Shown here piece by piece: positions 38,740 through 48,550 of a stretch of 64,000 nt of DNA. The DNA is from an uncultured Spirochaetota bacterium. Its GTDB lineage: Bacteria > Spirochaetota > Spirochaetia > SZUA-6 > Fen-1364. Where the stretch lies: NCBI GenBank assembly GCA_963781885.1, contig CAWAHW010000002.1, forward strand, positions 224,001 through 288,000. Direction: 5' to 3'. The position numbers were made by a program, and so were the translations under genes. Each line of letters begins with the position of its first letter. Position 1 is the first letter of the stretch. The notes under the pieces were generated by a model that saw nothing but the letters and a program-made list of their open reading frames with translations, had not been told where the DNA came from and ran no database searches.

Positions 38740-38888
38740 GCCGCAAATGCCACTGAGTACAAATGCCACGGGGTACCATGGCCGGTGTGGCCGCAAATGC
38801 CACGGGGTACCGTGGCCGGTGTGGCCGCAAATGCCACGGGATACCGTGGCCGGTGTGGCCGCAAATGCCACTGAGTACAGTGGCCGCA
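38740..38888 (-). repeat. Tandem array of a 34-bp palindromic unit (4 hairpins plus a truncated unit), same core as the array at 1-147
   Basis: CCGCAAATGCCACGGGGTACCGTGGCCGGTGTGG-type units at 38791, 38825 and 38859, with partial units at 38741 and 38761. Confidence 0.93.
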
Positions 38889-40229
38889 TTATCGCGGACG
38901 CGCTATCACCTCGGCAAGCGCGTGCTTCTCGGCCAGCTCCAGTTTGAGCTGTTCCTCGCGCGCGCGATTGACGTAGTTCCTGCTCTGGAACGAATAGGTG
39001 AAGCCCGTGTGGATGTCGTACGTTCCCTGCAGGAGGGCGTAGGTGTCCTCCGTCATCACGAGCTCCTCGTCGGTCGGGATGACGAAGATGCGCACCTTCG
39101 AACCGGGCCCCGTGATCTCGGTCTCCGCGTTGCGCGTCATGGAAATCTCGTTCTTGCGCTTGTCCATGACGATGCCCATCTCCTCCAGCCCCTCGAGGCA
39201 CTTCTCGCGGGTGATGGGCGCCCGCTCGCCGACGCCCGCGGTGAAGACGATGGCGTCGACCCGGCCCAGCGCCGCGTAGTAGGAGCCGAGGTATTTCTTC
39301 AGACGGTAGCCCTCGATGTCGATGGCAAGCTGGCAGCGCTCATCGCCGGCGCAGGCGCCATTTTCGATGTCGCGCCGGTCGGTGTACTTGTCCGTGATGC
39401 CCAGCACGCCGCTCTTGCGGTTCAGGATGCTGTCCATGGCCTCGGGCCGCAGCCCTTCCTTGCGCATGATGTAGTAGCCGATGGCGGGGTCATGGTCGCC
39501 GGCCCGGGTGCCCATCACGAGCCCTTCCAGCGGCGTGAATCCCATGGAGGTGTCCACCGACACGCCGTTCCTCACCGCGTTGGCGCTGGAGCCATTGCCG
39601 ATGTGGAAGCAGATGAGGTTGGTGGCAAAGGGGTTCTTGCCCAGAAGCACCGATGCCCTCTTGGACACGTAGAGGAAAGAGGTCCCGTGGAAGCCGTAGC
39701 GGCGGACCCGGTAGTTTTCATACCACTGGTAGGGCAACGCATAGAGGTAGGCATGCACGGGCATGGTCTGGTGCCACGCCGTGTCCATGATGGCGCAGTG
39801 GGGCACGTGCGGCAGGACCTGGCGCGCCGCCTCGATGCCGGTGATATTCGGCGGGTTGTGCAGCGGTGCGAGGTCGGCAAGCTCGCGGAAGGCGTCCAAC
39901 GCGGCATCGTCGATGATCACCGACTTCGCAAAGCGCTCCCCGCCGTGCACGACCCGGTGCCCCACGGCCTTGATCTCCGACAGGTCGGTGATGGCCCCGA
40001 CCTCGGGATCCAGGAGCGTCCGGACGATCAGCTCGATTGCGTCCCGGTGGTGCGGGCAGTCCTGCTCCCGCTTGATCTTCTTCCCGCTCTTCTTCGAGTA
40101 ATGGTTGATGAACGAGCCGCCGACGGTGACCCGCTCCACGATTCCCGCGGCGAGCACCTCGCGCTCTTCCCAACGATAAAGCTGGTACTTCAGGGACGAG
40201 CTACCGCAGTTGAGTGTGAGGATATCCAT
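38889..40229 (-). CDS. ackA: Acetate kinase
   Basis: [40 protein letters not shown] and PTDEE. Confidence 0.97.
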   Translation of the reverse strand: MDILTLNCGSSSLKYQLYRWEEREVLAAGIVERVTVGGSFINHYSKKSGKKIKREQDCPHHRDAIELIVRTLLDPEVGAITDLSEIKAVGHRVVHGGERFAKSVIIDDAALDAFRELADLAPLHNPPNITGIEAARQVLPHVPHCAIMDTAWHQTMPVHAYLYALPYQWYENYRVRRYGFHGTSFLYVSKRASVLLGKNPFATNLICFHIGNGSSANAVRNGVSVDTSMGFTPLEGLVMGTRAGDHDPAIGYYIMRKEGLRPEAMDSILNRKSGVLGITDKYTDRRDIENGACAGDERCQLAIDIEGYRLKKYLGSYYAALGRVDAIVFTAGVGERAPITREKCLEGLEEMGIVMDKRKNEISMTRNAETEITGPGSKVRIFVIPTDEELVMTEDTYALLQGTYDIHTGFTYSFQSRNYVNRAREEQLKLELAEKHALAEVIARPR

Positions 40230-40417
40230 TGCCCGGGGCTCCTTGTCCTATGAACGCACGTGGACGGAGGCGCGCATCGGGCGGCCTCCCGGTGGGACGT
40301 GCGGCAGGTTGTCATTGTGCCCGTTTGTAGTACCGTGAATCGGCGCCAAGGTCAAGATTGCGTCTGCCTTTCTCCCGGCGCGCAAGCGCCGGGCGGCGGG
40401 CGGGCGTATTCACGGGC

Positions 40418-41775
40418 ATGCGCTTCCTGCCGCTCCTGCTCCTGCTGGTCGCCGCCTGCGTCTCGGACGCGTGGCCCGCGGACATGAGCCTGGGGGTTTC
40501 CCTGTCAGCGGGGAGCCCATTTGAGATTGGGGGAACACTGCAGGAAGGCAGCCTCCGCATCGCGGCGGCTGCAAAATCCTGCCCGGCAACGGCGGCCGCA
40601 CCTGCTTTCATTCCGGCCCTGGCCGTCGAGCTGCCCTGGCTTTCCGCCGGCACCTTCCGGTGCACGGGGCTTCTTCGGGAGGTGTCGGATCCGCTCGGCT
40701 TTTGCGCGTCCAGCACGGTCTGGGGAGAGCAAACCGGTTTCGCGCTCGATGAATCCCCCTCCAAGAGCGACACGTGGGGCGTCTTCTTTCGGCCCGGTGC
40801 TGCCGGCATCGGTCTCTTCGACGCCCTGCACGCCTCGGGAATGCACCAGAGCGGCGGCATTCTTGTCCTGTCTGGACTTCCCTGGCTGCGGTTGGAGGGG
40901 CTCTGGTCCATCTCGGCACCCGCGCCTGACGCGCAACCTGCCGATTGGCTGCTGTCGGCGGCGCCATGGCCGGGGGGTCAACTTTCGGACCTCGCGGCGC
41001 GGCTGACGCTGATCGGGCCCGGCCTCTCACTCGTCGCGTCAGCGGGCGGGTCGGAGGGGAAAATGGTGCCGCCGGGCATGTTCTGGAATCTCCGAGGCGC
41101 CGCCTCCACGCCGCGCGCGGAGCTGGACCTGCGCGTCGGAGGCGTGGACTCTGCCTACCGAGCCGTCGAAGGGAATTGCCTGACGGACCGTTTTCTTGTC
41201 TCGACGCTCCTAGATCTGCAGGAGGGGCGCTGCCGGCTTTCGGCGGGTTTCGACCTTGCCGTGGGCGTTGAGAGCTTCAGCCCGTCCGCGGCGCTTCCGA
41301 CGCAGGAGAAGCTGCATGCGCTGCTGGAGCGCGGCTTCCGTGTCGGCAGGCGTGGCACGGTGCGGTGCACGCTGGAAATCGACAAAAGCATCGCCTGGGA
41401 CGAATCGGCCGAACGGGAAGAGTCCACGCAGTGCCGCGTGGAGGCGCGCGCAGCGGTCGGCCCCTTCGACGCTGCGGCGGAGCTGCGCTGCTCCAGCGCC
41501 GACGGGTTTGGCGGCACTCTCACGGCGAGCCTGCGGCCTTTGCCGCGGATCTCCTTCGCGTGGAAGCAGGCATCGACGGTCTCGGCGCGGGGGGGCCGGC
41601 CGTCACGGCCCTGGCAACCGCCAGGTTCGGCGCGCAAGGGCGATCGTATACGTTTGAGGCGGGGATTGCGGACGTGAAGCTCGACGGTCGTTCCCTGAGT
41701 CTCCTGGAGCACCTGCGTTTCAGCATCGGCTGGGATGTGTCCAGCAGGGAACAGAAAGCAGGTCACGTCAAGTGA
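40418..41775 (+). CDS. Hypothetical exported, beta-strand-rich protein with a probable frameshift near 41560
   Basis: Signal peptide MRFLPLLLLL. After ISFA the plausible sequence VEAGIDGLG...LRFSIGWDV continues in another frame. Confidence 0.5.
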
Positions 41776-42742
41776 AGGGTATCTCGGTCATGACCGTTTT
41801 CTCCCGAACGCTTCGATAGTCGGCGGTGTCGACCCTTCCGCTGATCGGATTCATGCAGTTCGCCGTCCCCATTGCGGCGGCAGTGAGAAGCGCTTCGCGG
41901 AGCAGCTCTGAGGAGAATATCCGGCCCCTCTCCCGGCCGCGGAGGGCCTCGTGGATCACCCATCCAATCCCGGAGGCCACCGCATCACCGCTTCCGATTG
42001 CATTCACGGCATCGACCCGCGGGGGCGCCGCGTGCAGCAAGGCTTTTCCGTCGAATGCCTCGACACCCGCGGCGCCCATGGTGATGACGAACCAGCGGAT
42101 GCCGAATCTGGCCGCCAGGCCCCGACAGGCGGTGACGCGCTCCCCCGGTGTCTTCGTCGGCGCGCCCGTGAGAGAGGCCAGCTCCCGGGAGTTGATCTTT
42201 AACACCTCGGGCGTCTCCTGGAGCGCGCGCAGCGCCTCGGCGGAGACGGAATCCACCAGGACGGGAATGTCTTTCTCATGCGCGGCGCGGACCAGCACGG
42301 CGTAGCAATCCTCGGTCTCGCCCAGGACGGCGGTTCCCATGATCGCCAGGACACGGCAACCCTGCAGCCCCGCCTCCGCGGCGCGCCGCATCTGGTCGCG
42401 CTCGTCGGGTGTCACGCGCGGCGACGGCTCGATCAGCTCCGTGCTCGTCCCGTCCGGCTCCAGAAGCGTCGTGCACGTGCGAGTCTCGGCCTGTATCTGG
42501 ACGGGCTTGCAGCGCATCCCTTCCTCGACAAGGTAATCGACGGCCCGCCGACCCGTCGCGCCACCGGCGTAGAAGACGACCTCGCCGGTTCCGCCGAGCG
42601 CCCGCAGCGCGCGCGCGACGTTCGGCCCCTTGCTGCTGGCGAACTCCCTGATCGCGAGGACGCGATTCACCTCCCCGCGCGCGACTGCCGCCACGGTGCA
42701 CGCCTTCTGCCAGGCGAGATTCTGGCCGATCACGAGGATCAT
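41768..42742 (-). CDS. PfkB family carbohydrate kinase (1-phosphofructokinase-like)
   Basis: KGPNVARAL, KIN..EL and NAIGSGDA motifs; alternative start at 42799. Confidence 0.85.
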   Translation of the reverse strand: MILVIGQNLAWQKACTVAAVARGEVNRVLAIREFASSKGPNVARALRALGGTGEVVFYAGGATGRRAVDYLVEEGMRCKPVQIQAETRTCTTLLEPDGTSTELIEPSPRVTPDERDQMRRAAEAGLQGCRVLAIMGTAVLGETEDCYAVLVRAAHEKDIPVLVDSVSAEALRALQETPEVLKINSRELASLTGAPTKTPGERVTACRGLAARFGIRWFVITMGAAGVEAFDGKALLHAAPPRVDAVNAIGSGDAVASGIGWVIHEALRGRERGRIFSSELLREALLTAAAMGTANCMNPISGRVDTADYRSVREKTVMTEIPFT

Positions 42743-42785
42743 GAGGGATGCCCCTGAGAGGGATGCAGGCAGCCGAAAAAAGGTC

Positions 42786-43700
42786 TCATTTCCACTCACC
42801 CACGAGTATCACCTCCCGCTCCAGCTCGAAGCCGAGCCGGAGGCGCACCTCGCGCTCCAGCGTCTCGATGAGGCTGAGGACGTCCACCGCCCGGGCGCGA
42901 TCCACGTTGATGATGATGTTGCCGTGAAAGGGCGCAACCTGCGCGCCGCCCGCGCGTATTCCTTTCAGTCCCAGGGAATCGACCAGCTTTCCCGTGGGCG
43001 CGCCGAAGGCTCTGTTGTTCTTGAAGACGCTCCCGGCGCAGGGATGGAGGAAATGACCCTTGCGCTCGCGGTCCTGCCGGTGGTCCTGCATCACGGCCGC
43101 CATCCGGTCCCGGTCTCCCGGGGAAAGCGTGAAGCTCGCCGCGAGGATGGCTCCCGGCACGGCCTGAAAGGGCGATTTCTTATACGCCCATTCGCTCCTC
43201 CGCATCCGGTAGCGGCAGGGGGTGAAATCCGCGCCGAGGTATTCGACCGAGGAGAGCACGTCGGCGATTTCCGCCTCATAGCAGCGTGCGTTCATCCATA
43301 CCGCACCCGCGACGCTGCCGGGAAGCGCAAAGGCGAACTCGAGCCCCGACAACCCATGGTCCCGCGCGGCGGCGGCAACGTCCGACACGTGCGTGCCGCC
43401 CTGGGCAGTGACAGACGTGCCGTCGACCGTCACGCCGCAGAGACGGGAGAGGTCGATCACGACGCCCCGTATGCCCTTGTCCGAAACGAGGATATTCGTG
43501 CCGCCGCCCAGGAGGAAGCAGGGAACCGATTCCCGGGCGCACACCGCCTGCACCGCGGCCGCCTCCTGCGCATCCCCGGGGACGACGAAGAGGTCCGCGG
43601 GCCCTCCGATGCGGAAGCTCGTGTGCATCGCCATCGGCTCGTCCATGCGCACGTCGCCGTCGATCTTGATCATTCGCGCCAATTCCCATAGTGTGTGCAC
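42786..43700 (-). CDS. murB: UDP-N-acetylenolpyruvoylglucosamine reductase
   Basis: HTSFRIGGPAD, PGSVAGAVWMNA, AGSVFKN, HGN and LEREV. Confidence 0.95.
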   Translation of the reverse strand: MHTLWELARMIKIDGDVRMDEPMAMHTSFRIGGPADLFVVPGDAQEAAAVQAVCARESVPCFLLGGGTNILVSDKGIRGVVIDLSRLCGVTVDGTSVTAQGGTHVSDVAAAARDHGLSGLEFAFALPGSVAGAVWMNARCYEAEIADVLSSVEYLGADFTPCRYRMRRSEWAYKKSPFQAVPGAILAASFTLSPGDRDRMAAVMQDHRQDRERKGHFLHPCAGSVFKNNRAFGAPTGKLVDSLGLKGIRAGGAQVAPFHGNIIINVDRARAVDVLSLIETLEREVRLRLGFELEREVILVGEWK

Positions 43701-43747
43701 GGGCGAAATAGTAGCGGTCGGACCAAGCGAGGTCTACAGGAGAGGTC

Positions 43748-45169
43748 GTGGAGCTGAAGCTTTGGAACACGATGGGACGCCAGATGCAGGTCTTCACCCC
43801 GCGCGAAAAGGGGCGGGTGGGATTGTACTGCTGCGGCCTCACCGTCTACGACTACGCCCACGTCGGCAACCTGCGCGCGTACATCTGCGAGGACATCCTC
43901 CGCAAGACCCTGGAATACATCGGCTACAGCGTGCGCCACGTGATGAACGTGACGGACGTCGGGCATCTCACCGACGACGCCGACGGCGGCGAAGACAAGA
44001 TGCTCAAGGGCGCCCGGGAAAAGGGAAAGACGGTCTGGGAGATCGCCGATTTCTACACGAAGGCTTTTTTCCGGGATTTCGCTCTGGTGCGCTGCGCGAT
44101 GCCCACCGTGGTCTGCAAGGCGACCGAGCACATCCAGGACATGATCGACCTCATCAGCCGCATCGAAAAGAATGGCTACACCTACACGGCGGGCGGCAAT
44201 GTCTATTTCGACATCAGCAGGTTTCCCGGCTATGGAAAGCTCGCCCTGCTCGACCAGCAGGAGCTGAAAGCGGGGGCCCGCGTCGTCGTGGACGCGGAGA
44301 AGAAGAATCCGGGAGATTTCGTCCTGTGGTTCACCAAGGGTAAGTTCGAACATCAGACCATGGTCTGGGATTCTCCCTGGGGACGGGGCTACCCCGGTTG
44401 GCACATCGAATGCAGCGCCATGTCGATGAAATACCTGGGGGAGCAGTTCGACATCCATTGCGGCGGCGTCGACCACATCCCCGTCCACCATACAAATGAG
44501 ATTGCCCAGTCCGAGGCGGCGACAGGCAAGCCGTGGGTCACGTACTGGGTGCACAACGAGTGGCTGCTCATGGGCAAGGAGAAGATGGCCAAGTCCGCGG
44601 GCAACTTCACCACGCTGTCGACCCTGGTGGAGAAAGGTTTCGATCCCCTGGACTACCGTTACTTCTGCCTCGGCGCGCACTACCGCACCCAGCTGGCGTT
44701 CACGTGGGAGGCACTTTCCGCGGCCCGCGCCGGGCGGCTGGGTGTCGTGGAAAAGATCGCCCAGCTCCGGGCACAGGTCGGCGCCACTCCGGCATCGCCC
44801 ACGGGCAAGGCCCTGCGGTACCTGGCCGACTTCGACACGCACGCCATGGACGACCTGAACATGCCGCGCTGCCTTGCGGACCTCTGGACCTTGCTGCGGG
44901 ACTCCGAGGTTGCGCCCGCGGACAAGCTTGCCGCGGCGCTGCGCATGGACGCCATCTTCGACCTGGGCCTTTCTGAGGCGCGGGACGCCGAGGTGGTTCT
45001 GGACGAAGAAGCGCGCGTCCTCGTGGAGCAGAGGGAGCTTGCGCGCAAGAGCAGGGACTTCAAGAAGGCGGATGAGATCCGCGCGCTTCTTCTGGCCCGC
45101 GGAATCGAGGTGCAGGACAGCCCGAAGGGGCCAAAGCTACGGATTGCCGCTGGTCAAAGAAAAGAATAA
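43748..45169 (+). CDS. cysS: Cysteine--tRNA ligase
   Basis: CG.TVY..AHVGN, PGWHIECS and KMAKS motifs. Confidence 0.97.
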   Translation: MELKLWNTMGRQMQVFTPREKGRVGLYCCGLTVYDYAHVGNLRAYICEDILRKTLEYIGYSVRHVMNVTDVGHLTDDADGGEDKMLKGAREKGKTVWEIADFYTKAFFRDFALVRCAMPTVVCKATEHIQDMIDLISRIEKNGYTYTAGGNVYFDISRFPGYGKLALLDQQELKAGARVVVDAEKKNPGDFVLWFTKGKFEHQTMVWDSPWGRGYPGWHIECSAMSMKYLGEQFDIHCGGVDHIPVHHTNEIAQSEAATGKPWVTYWVHNEWLLMGKEKMAKSAGNFTTLSTLVEKGFDPLDYRYFCLGAHYRTQLAFTWEALSAARAGRLGVVEKIAQLRAQVGATPASPTGKALRYLADFDTHAMDDLNMPRCLADLWTLLRDSEVAPADKLAAALRMDAIFDLGLSEARDAEVVLDEEARVLVEQRELARKSRDFKKADEIRALLLARGIEVQDSPKGPKLRIAAGQRKE

Positions 45170-45172
45170 TGA

Positions 45173-45199
45173 TGTAACATCAGCGGGAAATCGTTGTTA
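45173..45199 (+). promoter_or_regulatory. Putative autoregulatory ECF-type promoter
   Basis: TGTAAC-N16-TGTTA just upstream of an SD-less ATG. Confidence 0.45.
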
Positions 45200-45202
45200 G
45201 TA

Positions 45203-45733
45203 ATGAGTAGTACGGAATATGCGCACCCACCTTCCTTTGACGTGGTCTATGAATCGCTCTTTCCCATCATCTATCGCGTTTCTTTGCGCGTAACGGGAGA
45301 CAGAGGAGTCGCGGAGGATCTGTGCCATGAGGCGTTCATCAAGCTTATGGAGCGCTCCGATCTTCTGCCCAATCTCGAGCAGGCAAAGTACTGGCTCATC
45401 CGCGTGGTGAAGAATCTGTCGTTGAATCATGAGAAACGGCGCAGCCGTGAGAGGGCCGCGTACGGGAAGCTGTCGCGCCTGGCCGCCGGCACCGCCGATT
45501 CGAGCGAAAAGCTGGCCCTGCGCGAAGAAGCCCGGGCGGACGTCCAGCACGCCCTCGACGGGCTTCCGTACACGTTGCGCGCGCCGCTGGTCTTTCGCGA
45601 GTATGGCGACTTGAGCTACAAGGAGATCGGTGCAATTCTGGGCATCACGGAGAGCAATGTGAAGGTGCGGATCTTCCGCGCCAGGGAGCGCCTGGAAAAG
45701 ACGCTCGCCGAGGGTGACGCGTATGTGTCCTGA
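45203..45733 (+). CDS. ECF RNA polymerase sigma factor
   Basis: AEDLCHEAF and WLIRV (region 2); LSYKEIG...NVKVRIFRAR (region 4). Confidence 0.93.
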   Translation: MSSTEYAHPPSFDVVYESLFPIIYRVSLRVTGDRGVAEDLCHEAFIKLMERSDLLPNLEQAKYWLIRVVKNLSLNHEKRRSRERAAYGKLSRLAAGTADSSEKLALREEARADVQHALDGLPYTLRAPLVFREYGDLSYKEIGAILGITESNVKVRIFRARERLEKTLAEGDAYVS

Positions 45734-46277
45734 CCATGAGATTCTTTCCGCATTCCTCGATGGCGAGATCGCATCCCCCTGGGATCGCGCGATCGACGAC
45801 CATGTCGCCGGCTGCCCGCGGTGCAGTGCGGTCCTCAAGGGGCTCCGCGAGACGCGGCGCCTCCTGCGGGACGAATCCGCCGTGGAGTGGAAGGCGCCCA
45901 TGGAGCGGGTCCGCCAGCGCATCCTCAGCCAGACGGTGCCCCTGACGCGCCGGATCCCCCTCTGGCGACAGAGGCTGTCCGTGCCCGCGCCCCTGGCGAT
46001 GCTCGCCGCGGCGCTCCTGATCACCCTGGGTGTTGCACTGGCCATGTTCATCGCCCGCAGCGACATGGGCTACGTGCGCATCACCAAGGCCCCGGCCGGT
46101 GGCACGGAGTACCAGTTCGCCATTCCGTATGACCGGGTCGAATCGCTCCTGAAATCGGTGGGCGGCAACGAGGCGAACATCGAGTCGGTGATGACGCTGC
46201 CGAAGAACGTGAAGCTCGTGCCGGTGAGCGAGCCCCGCATGGGAAGGGCCGCCGAGTTCCCGAGGAAAAAGCCATGA
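45723..46277 (+). CDS. Zinc-binding (zf-HC2/ZAS) transmembrane anti-sigma factor
   Basis: LSAFLDGE and HVAGCPRC (HxxxCxxC) plus one TM helix. Confidence 0.88.
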   Translation: MCPDHEILSAFLDGEIASPWDRAIDDHVAGCPRCSAVLKGLRETRRLLRDESAVEWKAPMERVRQRILSQTVPLTRRIPLWRQRLSVPAPLAMLAAALLITLGVALAMFIARSDMGYVRITKAPAGGTEYQFAIPYDRVESLLKSVGGNEANIESVMTLPKNVKLVPVSEPRMGRAAEFPRKKP

Positions 46278-46789
46278 TGACCAGACACGCGACCCTCGTG
46301 CCCCTCCTGCTCGCCATCGCGGTCGCGCAGTCCCCGGCGCAGGCACAGGCTCCCGATATCGACCCCAAGGAGGCCCTGCAGCAGCTCCTGTCCAACGCGC
46401 TGAGCATCACCATCTCCGCGCGCGTGGTGCCGCCCGATGCGGAGGAGCAGGACGGGTCCATCTGGAACGAGGAGAGCACGAAGCTCACGATCTCGGGGCG
46501 CGCCATCCGCGTCCGGCTGGACGGGGACAACGTTCGCATCTCCCTGATCTGCACGCCGTACGTCCAGGAGGACGGAACGGTCCTTCTCCTCGCGCAGGGG
46601 CAGGTCTGGTTCACGGAGCCCACGGACAAGGAAAGCAAGCTCTACAATACCTTCTACACGATCCCCGTCACCTTCGGGGAACCGGTCCTTTTCTTTCCCC
46701 TCGGCGTCTCCGACACCGACCAGCCAGAGAAGGGCATCTTCAACATCGAGGTCGAGATCAAGATCGTGCCCTATGAGAAGAAGCAATAG
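46274..46789 (+). CDS. Exported hypothetical protein in the ECF operon
   Basis: Signal peptide; beta-rich; ATGA coupling to the anti-sigma gene. Confidence 0.75.
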   Translation: MMTRHATLVPLLLAIAVAQSPAQAQAPDIDPKEALQQLLSNALSITISARVVPPDAEEQDGSIWNEESTKLTISGRAIRVRLDGDNVRISLICTPYVQEDGTVLLLAQGQVWFTEPTDKESKLYNTFYTIPVTFGEPVLFFPLGVSDTDQPEKGIFNIEVEIKIVPYEKKQ

Positions 46790-46819
46790 GCCTTTTCCGT
46801 GGCGCATCCAGGGGACGAC

Positions 46820-48550
46820 ATGAGCGCGGCGGAGTATTCCACGACGGGTCCGGGTGAGACGGATGGCGAGGAAGACAAGGACAAGGTCAAACCGCACCAG
46901 CGGCTCTTCCGCCGGAAGGGCTTCGTGCCGAGCGTGGTGGTCATCGTCCTTGCGGTGTTCGTCCTCCTGAGCCCCCGCATGGCGGGAAGCCCTCCACGTC
47001 TGGACTCCATCACTCCCTCGCGGGCGAAGCCGGGCGACGTGATGATCCTCACCGGGCGCAATTTCGGCAGCAGCCAGGAAGGCTCGGAGGTGCGCATTTC
47101 CGGCATTTCCCCCACGTCCCTGGACTACACGGAGTGGACGGACACGCGCATCAGCATGCGCATCCCCGAGGAGGCGGGCTCGGGAATCGTGTACGTGCTC
47201 ACGAAGAGCGGCCGCAGCGCCGGTCTTCTTTTCATCAGCCAGAACGACATTCCGCAGCCCGCGTCGGGCTCGACCCGGCCGGGCGATCCGTTCATCCTGA
47301 GCGATTCTCCCATCCAGCCCTCCGTCGCGCGCGTCGGTGACACCATCACCGTGTACGGCATGAACTTCGGGCTGGAGAAGGGAGACTCCGAGGTGTATTT
47401 CACCTGGTCGGGCCTCCAGACGGCGGCCGGGGGGAGTCTCGACCTCGCCAACCTCGTGCCCGCGCGCGACTACGACCTGGACTACCTCTCCTGGTCGGAT
47501 CGCGAGATCGAGCTGCGCGTGCCCCAGGGGGCGGCCTCCGGGAACGTCATGGTGAAATCGGACAAGGGGACGAGCAACGCCGCCTATTTCGTCGTGAACA
47601 AGGGGGCAGGGAGCACCACCTACACCCTCCCACGGAAATACTCGGTGGAATACGGCCTCACCGTGTCCGTTTCCGCCGCCTCCGGGGAGAACAGCCTCTC
47701 CCTGTGGATGCCCCGCATCCTTGCCAGCCCCGAACAGCGCTCCATCGAGTCGGTCGCGCAGGACCCGGCGCCGATGTTGGACACCCCGGCGGCGTCCCTG
47801 TATTCCCTCACGAATCTCCAGAAGGGCGGCAAGTACAAGGTGTCCATGAGCTGGATGTTCGACCGCTACAAGGTGGAAACGCAGGTGAGCACGTACGACA
47901 TCCCGCCCTACGTCACCACCTCGGCGCTCTATGCCGCCTTCACGGCCCCGGATTCCCTGGCGCCGTCGGCGAGCCCCGACGTGGTCAAGGCCGCGGCTAA
48001 CGCCGTCGGACAGGAAAAGAATCCCTGGCTGAAGGCGCGCAGGATCTATGACTGGCTCCTCTCCCAGCTCACCTACAGCCCGAACACGAGCGATCCGCTG
48101 GTCGGGCTGCGCGCCAAGCGCGGCAACGCCTTCGCCTTCTCGTCGCTGTACTGCGCGCTCCTGCGCGCCACGGGCATCCCCGCCCGCATGGTGGCCGGTT
48201 ACATCGTGGGGGACCCCGGGCAGCCCGCGCGGCGCCACTACTGGGACGAGCTCTACCTGGAGACCGTCGGATGGATTCCCGTCGACCCGACACTCGGCGC
48301 GGAGAAGTCCCTGATCCCCGGCGCCCCGCCGGTGGATTTTGACGGCCGCGCATACTACTTCGGGAATCTCGACAACCAGCACATCACCCTCACGAAGGGG
48401 CTGCAGCAGATCAGCCAGATGAACCCGGCCGGCACGATCAAGCAGGACCGCGCCATGCCGTACCTTCTCAGCATCGACGAGGAGGCGGTCGGCGGGTTGG
48501 GCTCTTATGCGACGAGCTTCGAGGACCTGAAGGTGATCGGGACCTACTGA
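46820..48550 (+). CDS. Membrane-anchored protein with two IPT/TIG domains and a transglutaminase-like domain lacking the catalytic Cys
   Basis: TM; two G.NFG IPT repeats; LLRATGIPAR, HYW.E and GWIPVDPT. Confidence 0.85.
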   Translation: MSAAEYSTTGPGETDGEEDKDKVKPHQRLFRRKGFVPSVVVIVLAVFVLLSPRMAGSPPRLDSITPSRAKPGDVMILTGRNFGSSQEGSEVRISGISPTSLDYTEWTDTRISMRIPEEAGSGIVYVLTKSGRSAGLLFISQNDIPQPASGSTRPGDPFILSDSPIQPSVARVGDTITVYGMNFGLEKGDSEVYFTWSGLQTAAGGSLDLANLVPARDYDLDYLSWSDREIELRVPQGAASGNVMVKSDKGTSNAAYFVVNKGAGSTTYTLPRKYSVEYGLTVSVSAASGENSLSLWMPRILASPEQRSIESVAQDPAPMLDTPAASLYSLTNLQKGGKYKVSMSWMFDRYKVETQVSTYDIPPYVTTSALYAAFTAPDSLAPSASPDVVKAAANAVGQEKNPWLKARRIYDWLLSQLTYSPNTSDPLVGLRAKRGNAFAFSSLYCALLRATGIPARMVAGYIVGDPGQPARRHYWDELYLETVGWIPVDPTLGAEKSLIPGAPPVDFDGRAYYFGNLDNQHITLTKGLQQISQMNPAGTIKQDRAMPYLLSIDEEAVGGLGSYATSFEDLKVIGTY

